From: Rebecca billardiae RCC1528
Taxonomy: Eukaryota > Protista > Haptophyta
Length of the DNA stretch: 64,000 bases
Assembly (NCBI GenBank): GCA_965240325.2
Contig: OZ251236.1
Location: 620,001 to 684,000 of the forward strand
Direction of reading: 5' to 3'
Under the pieces are notes generated by a model, which had not been told where the DNA came from, ran no database searches, and saw only the letters and a program-made list of their open reading frames with translations. Each line of letters starts with the position of its first letter. The first letter of the stretch is position 1. The position numbers and the translations under genes were made by a program. Positions 10,969 through 21,118 of the stretch are shown in pieces.

Positions 10969-12049
10969 ATGAACGCCGCTCAGGTCACGCAGCTCGAGAA
11001 GGTGTTCAAGAGCTTCGATGTGGACGGCTCGGGCGCGATCTCGAAGGCCGAGGTCGAGTCAGTCGTGTCGGCCCTCGGCCTCGCGCTCTCGAAGCTCGAG
11101 GTCGAGGAGATGATCTCGGAGGCCGGTGCGTGTCGCCTCGGCCGCACCGCCGTAGCCGTGGCCGCCGTGGGCGGCGTGCGCCGCGTCTGCTGCCGCGCGC
11201 GAGTGACTGCGGCCCTGAGCCGCCGCCCGCGCGCGCATCCGCCGTCGCCCGTCCCCGCACCCCGCAGACAGCAACAAGTCGGGTGAGATCGAGTTCCCCG
11301 AGTTCCAGAAGGTGATGGAGGCACACATTGAGAGCATGGGCAAGAACGGTCAGCTCGGCCCGTTCGGCGCGCTCATCCAGCGCAAGGAGAGGACGGGGCC
11401 GCCGCTGATGTGGACGGACGCGAAGCTCGGCGACGCCATCCGCCTCGAGGACGAGAAGCGCGTCGTGCAGCGCGACGCGGCGCACGGCTGGGGCGTGCAG
11501 CTGTGCGACTCGTGGCTCTCGTCCGCCTCCGGGCAGTACAACATGGCCGACATGACGCTCGAGGTGGAGGAGCTCACGGACGGCAACGTGTACGTCGGCG
11601 CGGTCGGGCGCAACTACTACCCCGCCGCGTGGAACGCGCCGCTGAACGACTCGCGGCACGCCGTCGTCGTCTCGCTCGCCAAGGGCGAGATCTGGCGCAA
11701 GGAGGTGAAGTCCGAGCTGATGCTCGGCGCCGTGCAGAAGGGCGACCGCGTGCACCTCAACCTGGACATGCTGCGGCAGAGCCTCACCATCGACCTGCTC
11801 ACGGAGGGCAACGCGATCGCGCGCTCGGTCACGGTGGACGGCGTGCCTCCCGAGTCCACCGTCTGCGTCTGCCTCGGCCCCGGCGCGCAAAAGGTGCGCA
11901 TCGTCGGCTCGTCCACTGAGATGGCCTCGAGCGAATATTCGGGCAAGTCTAACAAGGACCTGTGGGACGACGACAACGTGCAGAAGCTGTCCGACGAGAA
12001 GAAGCAGCACTCGGAGTCGATTGAGGCGATTGCGTCGTCGCTCGAGTGA
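10969..12049 (+). CDS. EF-hand pair plus SPRY/B30.2-like domain protein
   Basis: EF loops DVDGSGAISKAE and DSNKSGEIEFPE (second formed across intron 11126-11267). The C-terminal beta-rich region (VYVGAV...GDRVHLNLDM...) resembles SPRY; that part is less certain. Confidence 0.75.
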
Positions 12050-12652
12050 GGAGCGACGGCCGAAGTTGAGCGCGCCGTGATGGCCGCCCAGACAAGGTTT
12101 GCACTTTGCAAGCCATCACACGCCGCCCGAGCTGTCCCGGACCCGGCATCCGCGTCGACGCCCCCAGGGCCGAGCCCGGCCTCGGCGGTTGGCGCCTCGC
12201 TCCGGCGCCACGGGCCATGCGCCCGGAGTCATTCTGGCGGGGCGCCTCGAGCCCGCGGCGGCATCCCCGCCCTCACGGCCTCAACGCTCCGCGATAACTG
12301 CTTCGGGCGGCCTCTGGCGGGCGCCTGCGCGCAGGCCGGCCGGCCGAGGGCGAGGCGGCGGCGGCGCGGCCCCCGTGGCCGCCGCGCCTGGAGCCGCAGC
12401 CGACCGCCGGAGGCCGGACCCGGTCGGCGGCCAGACCGCTGAACTCAGCGCAGTACGACGCCGGTTCATGACGAGCCGACGCGGCATTTACGACGACGAC
12501 TATTTTGCGACGCCTAGTTTGCTGTATAATAAAGTTCATGCATCAGCAGCGAGTCTGCGCTAGGGGCTGCGAGCCTGATGCGAGACGACTCGGAGACGAG
12601 CCGCGGGCCCGCGGCGGCGGGCGCGGGCGCGGAGCGGCGGAGTCAAAGACTG

Positions 12653-12654
<2 letters not shown>

Positions 12655-12706
<52 letters not shown>

Positions 12707-12708
12707 TT
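12655..12708. repeat. (TA)n microsatellite
   Basis: Read directly; lies between two convergent genes. Confidence 0.95.
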
Positions 12709-12895
12709 CAATGACGACTCAATAAAAATAATAATCCGTAATAAATAATAATGTCGCGACTCCGATGCCATCAATTATTATAATACGATCGTCATGGTTC
12801 TACCGTCCATCAACGAACTCGCCTCATCGACGCGAGCCGAATTCGCTTTCAGGCACGCCTCGTCAGCAATGACTCAATCGAAATGACGACGTATT

Positions 12896-13306
12896 TCAAG
12901 TACGGTGTGACGCCGGCCGCACGGTGACGGGATCCACGCGCAGCCGTGCGCGAAGCGGGCCGCCCTGCAGGAGGTTGGCTTGGACGAAGTGGGGGACGCC
13001 TGGACGAGTGCTATCGAGAGGCAAGTTGATCTTGCCGAGGTATCCGTCTGGGCTTTGCTCCTTTGCTGCGTCCCACACGTCGATCCAGCAGCCGGTCGGA
13101 TGCCTCGCCGAGCACGCGAAGGAGTGGTTCCACACCACTTCCTTCTTGCCGTCTCGTGCGCGCGACGACTGGGCGTTGAACCGACGGCGTCGTGTAGTCT
13201 CAGCCACTGTGAGTACGGCGACGGCCGACTCGACGTCCACCAACGCATCGAGAAGCTCCACCACAAGCGCGCACTCCTCCGCGTCGTCCTCGCCACTCGC
13301 CACCAT
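12896..13306 (-). CDS. Small C2-domain protein
   Basis: MVASGEDD...LVVELLDA...VVWNHSF...IDVWD...DGYLGKINLPL follows the C2 fold pattern (WNxxF, VWD, DxxLG). Confidence 0.6.
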   Translation of the reverse strand: MVASGEDDAEECALVVELLDALVDVESAVAVLTVAETTRRRRFNAQSSRARDGKKEVVWNHSFACSARHPTGCWIDVWDAAKEQSPDGYLGKINLPLDSTRPGVPHFVQANLLQGGPLRARLRVDPVTVRPASHRT

Positions 13307-13451
13307 CGTCGAGTTGAAAAGCCGAGAGCGCAGGTCCAAGACCGCGGTCAAGAGAACGCGCTTCTTGGACTTGCTCCGCCAGCACGAAACAACGGCTGTG
13401 CGCTCCGCGCTGCGGTCCTGGCTGTGGAGTTCCGCTGCTCCGGACCGCGCG

Positions 13452-14984
13452 ATGCTCGGCCGCATGGCGCTCGGGGGCGGCCTCGCGGCGGCGGCCGTCG
13501 GCCTGGCGGCGTGGGCGTGGCGCCGGCGCCTATGCTCGCGCCGCCCACACCCGCCGCTGCTCGACCCGTCCACGGGCGCAACGCTCGGCAAGGAAGAGCT
13601 CATGCGGCTGCGGAGGGGCCACTTTTGCGCGGCGCAGACGGTGTCGTACGCGAACACGGATCCGCTGCTGGCGATGCGCGGGCGCGAGCACTGGCTCTTC
13701 GACGAGAGCGGCCTGGACTATCTCGACACGCGCAACAACGTATGCCACGTGGGCCACGCCAACCCGGCAGTCGCGCGCGCGGTGAGCTTGCAGGTGGGTA
13801 CGCTGAACACTAACACGAGGTATCTGCACCCGACGGTCTGCCTGCTGGCCCGGCGGCTGCTCGAGACGATGCCCGAGCCGCTGCGCAGCGGCGTGGTCTT
13901 CTTCGTCAACTCGGGCTCCGAGGCGAACGACCTCGCCCTTCGGCTCGCCCGCGCGCACACGGGCCGCCGCGGCGCGGTCGCCGTCGCGCACGGCTACCAC
14001 GGCCACACCGTCGGCGCTCTCGGCGTGAGTCCGTACAAGTACGACTCGGCCAAGGCGCACGTGACGGGCGGCCGGCCGGCGTGGACGCGGACGGTGCCCG
14101 CGCCCGACGTGTACCGCGGCCCCCACCGAGGCCCCGACGCCGCCCAGCGCTACGCTGCGTACGTCGCGGACGCATGCGCCGAGCTCGCGGCGTGCGCGGC
14201 CGCGAGCGCGGACGGCGCGGGCGGCGGCGAGCGCGGCGTGGCCGCCTTCTTCGTCGAGTCCGGCATGAGCGTGGCCGGCGTGATCGTGCCGCCGGATGGG
14301 TACCTGCGCGCGTGCTACGCCGCGGTGCGCGCCGCGGGCGGCGTGTGCGTCGCCGACGAGGTCCAGACAGGCCTCGGCCGCGTGGGCGCGCCGCACTGGT
14401 GGGCGTTTGAGCTCGAGGCCGGCGCCGTGCCGGACGTGGTGACGGTGGGCAAGCCGCTGGGCAACGGCATGCCGGTCGCCGCGGTGGTGTGCGCGCGCGA
14501 GATCGCCGACTCGTTCGCGCGAGGGCCCGAGTACTTCAACACGTTCGGGGGCAACCCCGTCTGCGCCGCCGCGGCGCTCGCGGTGCTCGAGCAGATCGAG
14601 TGCTGCCAGCTGCGCGAGCGCGCGGCGAGGGTTGGCAGCCACCTGCGCGCGCGGCTCTGCGCGCTGGCGGCGCAGCCGCACGCGCAGCTCGTCGGCGAGG
14701 TGCGCGGGCGGGGGATGTTCGTGGGCATCGACCTGGTGCGCGACCGGGCCACGCGCGAGCCCGCCACCGCCGAGACCTCGTGGCTCTGCTCCCGGCTCAA
14801 GCAGCACCACCGCATCCTCACCTCGGTCGACGGCCCGGCCGACAATGTGCTCGTCCTCAAGCCGCCGCTCACGTTTGCCGAGCCGGACGTCGACGCGTTC
14901 GTACGCGCGCTCGACGCGCAGCTGCGCGAGCTCGCGCGCGTTGAGAGCTCCGAGCTCTCCGCGCGCGGCCACACGCCGACCTAG
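13452..14984 (+). CDS. Class III PLP aminotransferase, ETNPPL/PHYKPL (AGXT2L)-like
   Basis: YLDTRNNVCHVGH, LNTNTRYLH, FVNSGSEANDLALRLA, DEVQTGLGRVG, PDVVTVGKPLGNG (PLP Lys), EYFNTFGGNPV, DGPADNVLVLKPPL. Confidence 0.92.
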   Translation: MLGRMALGGGLAAAAVGLAAWAWRRRLCSRRPHPPLLDPSTGATLGKEELMRLRRGHFCAAQTVSYANTDPLLAMRGREHWLFDESGLDYLDTRNNVCHVGHANPAVARAVSLQVGTLNTNTRYLHPTVCLLARRLLETMPEPLRSGVVFFVNSGSEANDLALRLARAHTGRRGAVAVAHGYHGHTVGALGVSPYKYDSAKAHVTGGRPAWTRTVPAPDVYRGPHRGPDAAQRYAAYVADACAELAACAAASADGAGGGERGVAAFFVESGMSVAGVIVPPDGYLRACYAAVRAAGGVCVADEVQTGLGRVGAPHWWAFELEAGAVPDVVTVGKPLGNGMPVAAVVCAREIADSFARGPEYFNTFGGNPVCAAAALAVLEQIECCQLRERAARVGSHLRARLCALAAQPHAQLVGEVRGRGMFVGIDLVRDRATREPATAETSWLCSRLKQHHRILTSVDGPADNVLVLKPPLTFAEPDVDAFVRALDAQLRELARVESSELSARGHTPT

Positions 14985-15357
14985 CGCGGCGGAGACTGGC
15001 GGCGGCGCCGTTTGCGCGAGGCTTATATTCGCGTTCTGCGCCGCGCTGTCGTATATCTTACCGACTTACCGTTTCCGTTACTGAGTACGACGAGTCTACT
15101 TAGACTTAGTAACTACGACGACGTCGTCGTCATCGTCATTGAATCATCATCATCATCGATCACTACGATGAATACGACGAAGATATATTTCTTGCTCTTA
15201 TTATTGCGCGTGAGCGGTAACCTATAGGCGTTCATCCGAGGCACATCAGCATCGCCATCGCATGTTGTCAGCGGGCGCGGCGCACGCGCAGCCGCCGAGT
15301 CCGCCAGCAGTGCCGCCGGCAACATTATTGAATCGTCATCAGATGATGACGACAGCA

Positions 15358-18300
15358 TCAATACTCCACTGTTGGGTTGGGGTCGACAAAGCGCAGCTCC
15401 GCCTCGCGCGCCTCGGAGCGGTGTGCGCGCCGCCAGCTCTCCGCCTCAGCGCACTCCCGCGACGCGAGGACCGTCGCCAGGCAGACGCGCAGCGGCGGCG
15501 CCCACGGCCGCGGGTCGTAGCTGCCATCGTGGCTGTCGGCGGCGTGCACATCCGCGAGGCCCAGCTGCGCATAGTCTGCGGGCGCGATGCCTGCGGGGTC
15601 GTGCGCGGCGTGCCGCAGGGTGAGGAGGGCGCGCGGCGATCGAGCGCGGCGGCGCGGCCGGACGGGCGGGGCAGGGCAGGGCACAGCCCCGGCAGCCCCG
15701 GCGGCGCTCGAGGGCGCTCGCGCTCCGCCGGGCTTCGGAGCATCGGGCGCCGGCGCGCGCAGGCGCGGAGGAGGCAGCGGCGCGCGCACCGAGCGTGGCC
15801 ACCAGCTGGCTGTCCGTGCCGGCGTGGGCCCAGAGCTGCACGAGGTCTGTGGAGGCCATCTCGAGCATGGGCTGCAGGCAGCGCAGCGGCGCGAGGGCGC
15901 GGCGCACCGTGGCGACCGGGAGGCCCTGCGGCGTGCCTGCAAAGGGTGTCGCGGCGCGCCACGCCGCGTGTCGCGCGTGTGCGGCGCGGTGGGCGGCGGG
16001 ATCGGGAGGGTGGGCGCGGCGCCGACGGTCAGACACGCGCTGGCGGCCGGCGAGAGTGTACGCGGCACTTGTCGCGTGGCTCGCGGGTATGCAGCGCGAG
16101 GCCCCGCTGGAAATAGGCCGCGCAGGGAGGGCCGCCGTCGCCGCTGCGCGACGGCCGGCCCAGCCCCGCCGCTCTTGGCCAGAATTGAAAAAAACGCCCC
16201 AACCGCTGGGAAGGGATGCGGTGAGGGCTGAAAGCTTTCGGCCGGGTGCCCTCCCCTCGCCCGCCCGCCCGCTCGCACCGCACCGCACCGCACCGCGCCG
16301 CACCGCCGTGCAGCGCAGAAGCCACCCGGCACGCGCGGGCATGCCCATCGCCCCATGCCTCCTTCCCCGCCCGCCCCGCGTGTCACGCGCGCGGCGCGCG
16401 GCACGGCGCACAGGCGCGGCGCGGCAAAACGCGCGGTGCACGCACCGTCCGCCGCCTCGGCGACGAAGAACTCCGTGAGGGTCTGCGTGTCCTCGTGCAG
16501 GTTGGTCACGCGCTCTGCGGCCATCGGCCGCGGCGAGACGGCGAGCACGCAGCACGTCGCGTGCACCACCGCCGCGAGGATCGCGGCGAGCAGCTGCCGC
16601 CGGATCGTAACCGACGAGGCATCGATCGCAGGCGTCGAGTCGAGCATCTGAAGCAGGACTGACTCGAGCGACTGCAGCGCGCGGCTCACGCGCCAGCCGT
16701 GCGTGCCGTCCGAGTGGCGCTCGAGGCGGAAGGCGGGCGCGAGCTCGCGCAGCACCAGGTGCCGCGCGCTCAGCTCGCACAGCCGCGCGCGCGCCACCAC
16801 GAGCGCCGCGTGCACGTGCGCGAGCGCGCCGCCCGTTTCGCGCCGCGACAGCTGCGCGCGCGCGGCTGAGCGCGGGCGCGCGGGCTCGGCGGGCGCGGAC
16901 GGCTCGGCCGCCGGCGCGGGCGCGGCGGGCGCGGACGGCGCCGAGCGCGGCGAGCCAGCGCCCGCCGCGCCCGGCGCGCCGGCGCCTGCCGCGCCGTTCC
17001 CAGCACCCGCCGCCGCTGGCGCGCCGGCGGCCGGCCAACCCACGCTCGCGGGCGCCGCGGCGCCGCCGCCCGCGCGCCCCTCGTCGCCGCCCTCGGCGGA
17101 CACGGCGGCAGCGTCCGCGCCGTCCGCGCCGGCGCTGCTCGGCTCGTCCGCCCCGGCCGACGGCCACCCGCTGTCCGGCGGCAGCTCGGCGAGCGGCGCG
17201 AGGCGCGTCACCAGCGCGTGCTCCACATGCCGAAGCGAGTTGAGCCGAACACAAAGCTCGGCGGTGCGCGCGCCCAGCCGCGCGGTCGGCGGCGGCTGCG
17301 AGCTCACCGCGGCGAAGCAGCGCACGCCGCCGAGGCACTTGGGGAAGCGCGTCGGCAGGCGCGCGCCGTCGAGCCGGAACAGCGCGCGCTCCGTGATGGT
17401 GCGCAGCACCACGTTGGCGAAGTGCACGAGATAGGACTCAACGGCGCGCAACGCCGTGCCGTGCGCGCGCCGGCCGAGCGCCGCGGGCGTGCCGCCGCCG
17501 ACGGCCGCCGCCTCGTTCAGCACGGCCTCGCACGCGTGCGTGAGCGCGTCCGCGGAGCGCGCGTGCGGCGCGTCGGGCCCGAGCGCCTGCCACTTCTCCG
17601 CCTTGATCGTGGCGCTGAGCTGCGCGTCGAGCCGCGCGCTCACCACCTCTTCCCACGCGTCGACGAGAGGCGAGCACAGCCGCAGCACGGGCAGCGGCCG
17701 CGCGCTCAGCAGCGGCAGCTGCTCGGCGACGGGCGACGGCGCGGCGGACGCGGGCGAGCGGCGCAACGCGGAGAGGGGCGCGACGCGCGGGCTGCCGCCG
17801 CCGCCGTCCGCCCGCGGGCCCGGCGCCACCTTGAGGTCGTCGTCCGGCTCGCCCAGCTCCGCCCTGCGCCGCTCCTCCGCGCCGCCCGCCGCGCCGCCCG
17901 CCGCGCCGCCGGCCACGCCGCCCCCGCCCGCAACGCCGCCCGCCGCGCCGCCCGCCGTGAGCAGGACGTTACACTCGACCAGCAGCTTCCACAAGCCGTT
18001 ACTCACGCACTCCAGCAGCAGCGCGTGCTTCACGCCGCGCTCGTCGGTCGGGCCGAGCGCGCTCAGCGCGGCGGCGGCGGCGGCCGGCGCCGCCTCCGAG
18101 ACGGGCGTCGTCGCCGCGCGAGGCGTGTCGCGCGCCGCCGCACCCTCGCCCTGCTGCGCGAGCAGCGACGGCACAACGATCGAGCGCAGCAGCCAGGCCC
18201 AGCGCGCGCGCGTGATGAGGAGCGCGCGCGGCTCGAGCGCGCTCACGTCGCCGCCGAGCAGCCGCGCCTCCACGCGCAGCACGAGCAGCACCGAGCGCCC

Positions 18301-20724
18301 GAGCTGCGCGAGCGCGGGCACACTCAGCGCGGGCAGCGGCATGCTCAGCGGCGTGAGCCAGTCCTGCGGCCTTCCGGCGCCCTGCACGTCGGCGAGCAGC
18401 TGCCGGCCGCTGCCGGCGAGTGCGGAGACGTCCATGGCCGTCATGCGGCGCGGCACCGCGGCGGACGAGCTCGCCGTGCCCTCCTTCGACGCGGCGGTCG
18501 AGCCGTCCGAGCCGCGCCGCCGCGAGCTCACGTGCTCGGCCTCAGGCGGCGACGCGCTCGCGACGAGCCGTGTCCACTGCGCTGCCACCGACAGCTGGAG
18601 CAGCCGTGCGAGCTCGGCGCGGAGGGCACCGTCCGCCGAGGCGCTGAGCGTGCCGCCCGGGAGGATCGTCTCGTGCAGCGGCGACTCGTCCACGACGGAG
18701 GAGAACGAGAGCGAGCGCGGCTTGCCCGCGTGCGTGAGCGCGCTACTCACACCTGCAAGGATGTCACGCTCAGCGCCCGCGCCCGCGCCGCCCGCGGAGG
18801 GCGCCAGCGCCTGCTGTCGCACTGGCAGCGGCGCCGGGCTCGCGACGGTGGACGCGGCGGTCGAGCCCGCGCCGTGCTCGCTGCCGCCCGCGCGCGGCGA
18901 GCTGAACAGGTTGCGCACCGCCATGTTGAACGAGGCCAGCCGCGGGTATTGCCCGCCGCCGCCCGGCGCTGCACGCGCATTGGGCGCGCCGCCGCCGCCG
19001 CCGCCGTTCGGCGCCGCCGCCGCCGCCTTGGCATCGTCGTGGGGCGGCGCGACGCTCGACCCGACAGCGGAGCCGACGTCGGTGTCCGTGTCGGCAGTGT
19101 CGACGGGCGTGCTGGGCGCGCCCTCCTGGCTGCCCTTCGAGAGCGGCAGGATGCCCCCCGCCGCCGCGAGCGGCAGCGTCGTCGAGCCCGGCGCCTGCTC
19201 GCTCGCAAAGCGCGCCGCCACCTCGGCCGCCGCCGCCGCCGCCGCGGTCGCGTCCAGGTCGGACGAGATCGGCGTGCTCGTGCTCCCGCGCTCGGAGAGC
19301 GCGGGCGATCGGCCCGCGCCCGTGGGCGTGGGCTCGGAGGGCACGCGCTCCAGCGTGCTCGACGCGCCGCGGTCGGACGGCACGCGCGCGAGTGTGCCGC
19401 TGGCGACGCCGGCGGCGGCCGCGGGCGCGCCCGCCGCCGCGGGCGCCGCGACCGCGCTGGTGCCACTGCCATCCTTCGTGAGCGGGCTGGAGAGTGCGAC
19501 GACGAGGTACGCGCGGAGCGAGGCGCCGAGCAGCGCGCACGCCGCGTCGAGCTCCACGCCGGGCTGCGCGCCCTCGCCCTCGAGCAGCGCCGCCGCCGCC
19601 GCCGCCGACGCGTCGCCCGCCGGCCCAAAGTGCGCGTGGATATCCAGCAGCCGCGTCTCGAGCCAGATGCGCAGCTTGCCCACGACCGAGTGGTAGAGGT
19701 GGACGTCCTCGGCGATGGCGCCGGCGGAGGGCGGGCGCGGCACGCGGCGGTAGAGCGAGACCGCGTACTCCACCTCGGCCGGCCGCCGCTTGTGCATCGA
19801 CCACGTCGCCCACAGCAGGCAGAGGGCGTGCTGCTCGCGGCTAATCCGCAGCGCGCGCCGGCAGTGCCACAGCGCCGCGACCAGCCGCTCGCGGGAGAGG
19901 TCGGGCGTGGCGACGGCGACGGCGGCGGCGCCGGCGCCGCCGGGGCGCGGGGACCTGGAGCGCCGGCTCGAGCGCGCGGCGCGCTGCTCCGCCGTGTTGA
20001 ACGTCGAGAGCAGCAGCACGCGGTAGATGGTGACCGAGAGCGGGTACGGGTACGGCAGCTCATAGCTGAGCGCCTCCGGCCACACGCCGTTCTCGTACAG
20101 CGAGTTGTACACGGAGTGCACGAGCGCGTTGAGCTTGGAGAGCGACGCGGTGTACTCCTTGTCGCGAAAGTCCGAGAGCCCCGTCGCGCCCACCACGTAC
20201 AGCCGGTAGCACTCGCGGAACGAGCGCTTGAGCGTGCGCTGCAGCTCGGCCTTGGAGAGCCTGAAGCCCGGGATCTCCCACACCGGCAGCTGCACCATCT
20301 GCGTGAGGCAGAGGAGGCCGCAGAGGAAGGCGACGAGCTGGCGCTCGACCCAGCGCTGGAAGTCGACGAACTCCTCGAAGTGGTGCGGCCGGCCTGCCAT
20401 CAGCAGCAGGAAGCGGTAGTGCAGATACGGCCGCCGGTCCGCGGGCACCTCGACGAGCGACGAGCCCGACTCGCCGAGGCCGGTCGCGTTGAGCCGGCGC
20501 ACGGTGGCCTCGAGCTCGGCGGCGGAGATGGAGAGCTCGCGCTGCAGCAGCTGCGTCAGCAGCGCCGACTCCTCGCGCCCCATCGCGTCCGTGCCCAGGT
20601 GCGTGCACAGCACGAGCGTCTCGTACGTGAGCGTGCGGAACTGCGTCTCGCTGATCGGCCAGTCGGAGAGCGCGGGCAGCTCGTGCTGCGGCGCGGGGGG
20701 CTCGTCGGCCTCTTCGACCGCCAT
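15358..20724 (-). CDS. Unc-13/MUN-domain protein, PATROL1 (DUF810)-like
   Basis: TYETLVLC, YPLSVTIYRVLLLSTF, LRISREQHALCLLW, WLETRLLDIHAHF, EKWQAL, LCVRLNSL and FFVAEAADG..GLP occur in the order of plant PATROL1 motifs. Introns 15937-16445 and 15591-15789. Confidence 0.7.
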   Translation of the reverse strand: MAVEEADEPPAPQHELPALSDWPISETQFRTLTYETLVLCTHLGTDAMGREESALLTQLLQRELSISAAELEATVRRLNATGLGESGSSLVEVPADRRPYLHYRFLLLMAGRPHHFEEFVDFQRWVERQLVAFLCGLLCLTQMVQLPVWEIPGFRLSKAELQRTLKRSFRECYRLYVVGATGLSDFRDKEYTASLSKLNALVHSVYNSLYENGVWPEALSYELPYPYPLSVTIYRVLLLSTFNTAEQRAARSSRRSRSPRPGGAGAAAVAVATPDLSRERLVAALWHCRRALRISREQHALCLLWATWSMHKRRPAEVEYAVSLYRRVPRPPSAGAIAEDVHLYHSVVGKLRIWLETRLLDIHAHFGPAGDASAAAAAALLEGEGAQPGVELDAACALLGASLRAYLVVALSSPLTKDGSGTSAVAAPAAAGAPAAAAGVASGTLARVPSDRGASSTLERVPSEPTPTGAGRSPALSERGSTSTPISSDLDATAAAAAAAEVAARFASEQAPGSTTLPLAAAGGILPLSKGSQEGAPSTPVDTADTDTDVGSAVGSSVAPPHDDAKAAAAAPNGGGGGGAPNARAAPGGGGQYPRLASFNMAVRNLFSSPRAGGSEHGAGSTAASTVASPAPLPVRQQALAPSAGGAGAGAERDILAGVSSALTHAGKPRSLSFSSVVDESPLHETILPGGTLSASADGALRAELARLLQLSVAAQWTRLVASASPPEAEHVSSRRRGSDGSTAASKEGTASSSAAVPRRMTAMDVSALAGSGRQLLADVQGAGRPQDWLTPLSMPLPALSVPALAQLGRSVLLVLRVEARLLGGDVSALEPRALLITRARWAWLLRSIVVPSLLAQQGEGAAARDTPRAATTPVSEAAPAAAAAALSALGPTDERGVKHALLLECVSNGLWKLLVECNVLLTAGGAAGGVAGGGGVAGGAAGGAAGGAEERRRAELGEPDDDLKVAPGPRADGGGGSPRVAPLSALRRSPASAAPSPVAEQLPLLSARPLPVLRLCSPLVDAWEEVVSARLDAQLSATIKAEKWQALGPDAPHARSADALTHACEAVLNEAAAVGGGTPAALGRRAHGTALRAVESYLVHFANVVLRTITERALFRLDGARLPTRFPKCLGGVRCFAAVSSQPPPTARLGARTAELCVRLNSLRHVEHALVTRLAPLAELPPDSGWPSAGADEPSSAGADGADAAAVSAEGGDEGRAGGGAAAPASVGWPAAGAPAAAGAGNGAAGAGAPGAAGAGSPRSAPSAPAAPAPAAEPSAPAEPARPRSAARAQLSRRETGGALAHVHAALVVARARLCELSARHLVLRELAPAFRLERHSDGTHGWRVSRALQSLESVLLQMLDSTPAIDASSVTIRRQLLAAILAAVVHATCCVLAVSPRPMAAERVTNLHEDTQTLTEFFVAEAADGACTARFAAPRLCAVPRAARVTRGAGGEGGMGRWACPRVPGGFCAARRCGAVRCGAVRAGGRARGGHPAESFQPSPHPFPAVGAFFSILAKSGGAGPAVAQRRRRPSLRGLFPAGPRAAYPRATRQVPRTLSPAASACLTVGAAPTLPIPPPTAPHTRDTRRGAPRHPLQARRRASRSPRCAAPSRRCAACSPCSRWPPQTSCSSGPTPARTASWWPRSVRAPLPPPRLRAPAPDAPKPGGARAPSSAAGAAGAVPCPAPPVRPRRRARSPRALLTLRHAAHDPAGIAPADYAQLGLADVHAADSHDGSYDPRPWAPPLRVCLATVLASRECAEAESWRRAHRSEAREAELRFVDPNPTVEY

Positions 20725-21118
20725 GGCGTCGCGCGCGCACACGCGGAGCCGCGCGCTGCACACGCCAGCCGCGCCCGCACGAGGGTGTCGGGTGTCCTCG
20801 CGGTCGCGCCTCAAGTTGGGCGAGGAGGAAGCCGGCAGCCTTTCGTCGGGAGTTCGACTGAGAAATCGGAGCGTGGCCTTCTGGAAGGCGATGGCCGCTG
20901 AGGCCACAGCCAATCAGAAGAGGCCTTCATGAGATGCGGGGAGATCTCTTGGTGCGTGCGCAGCGGCGGCGGCGGCCGCCCGGTGGCCACGGGCTCGGGC
21001 TTGTTCACCAATCCACGATGGCGCGGGACCTCCTCCACGAGGGCCTCGCTTGACCAGTGACCTTGCAGCCCCAAGGCCGCCGAGCGGACCTCCTAGACGC
21101 CTGCCGCACGCCGGCAAG

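Noticed and set aside
12924-13451. 176-aa N-terminal extension of the aminotransferase ORF
   Set aside because: It overlaps the C2 gene on the opposite strand and starts at a non-ATG codon; ATG 13452 is the plausible start.
17218-20901. 1227-aa plus-strand ORF and similar long antisense ORFs across the window (5339+, 13530-, 46313-, 60898+, 62968-)
   Set aside because: Antisense shadows of real genes caused by high GC3; Arg/Ala-rich with no motifs.
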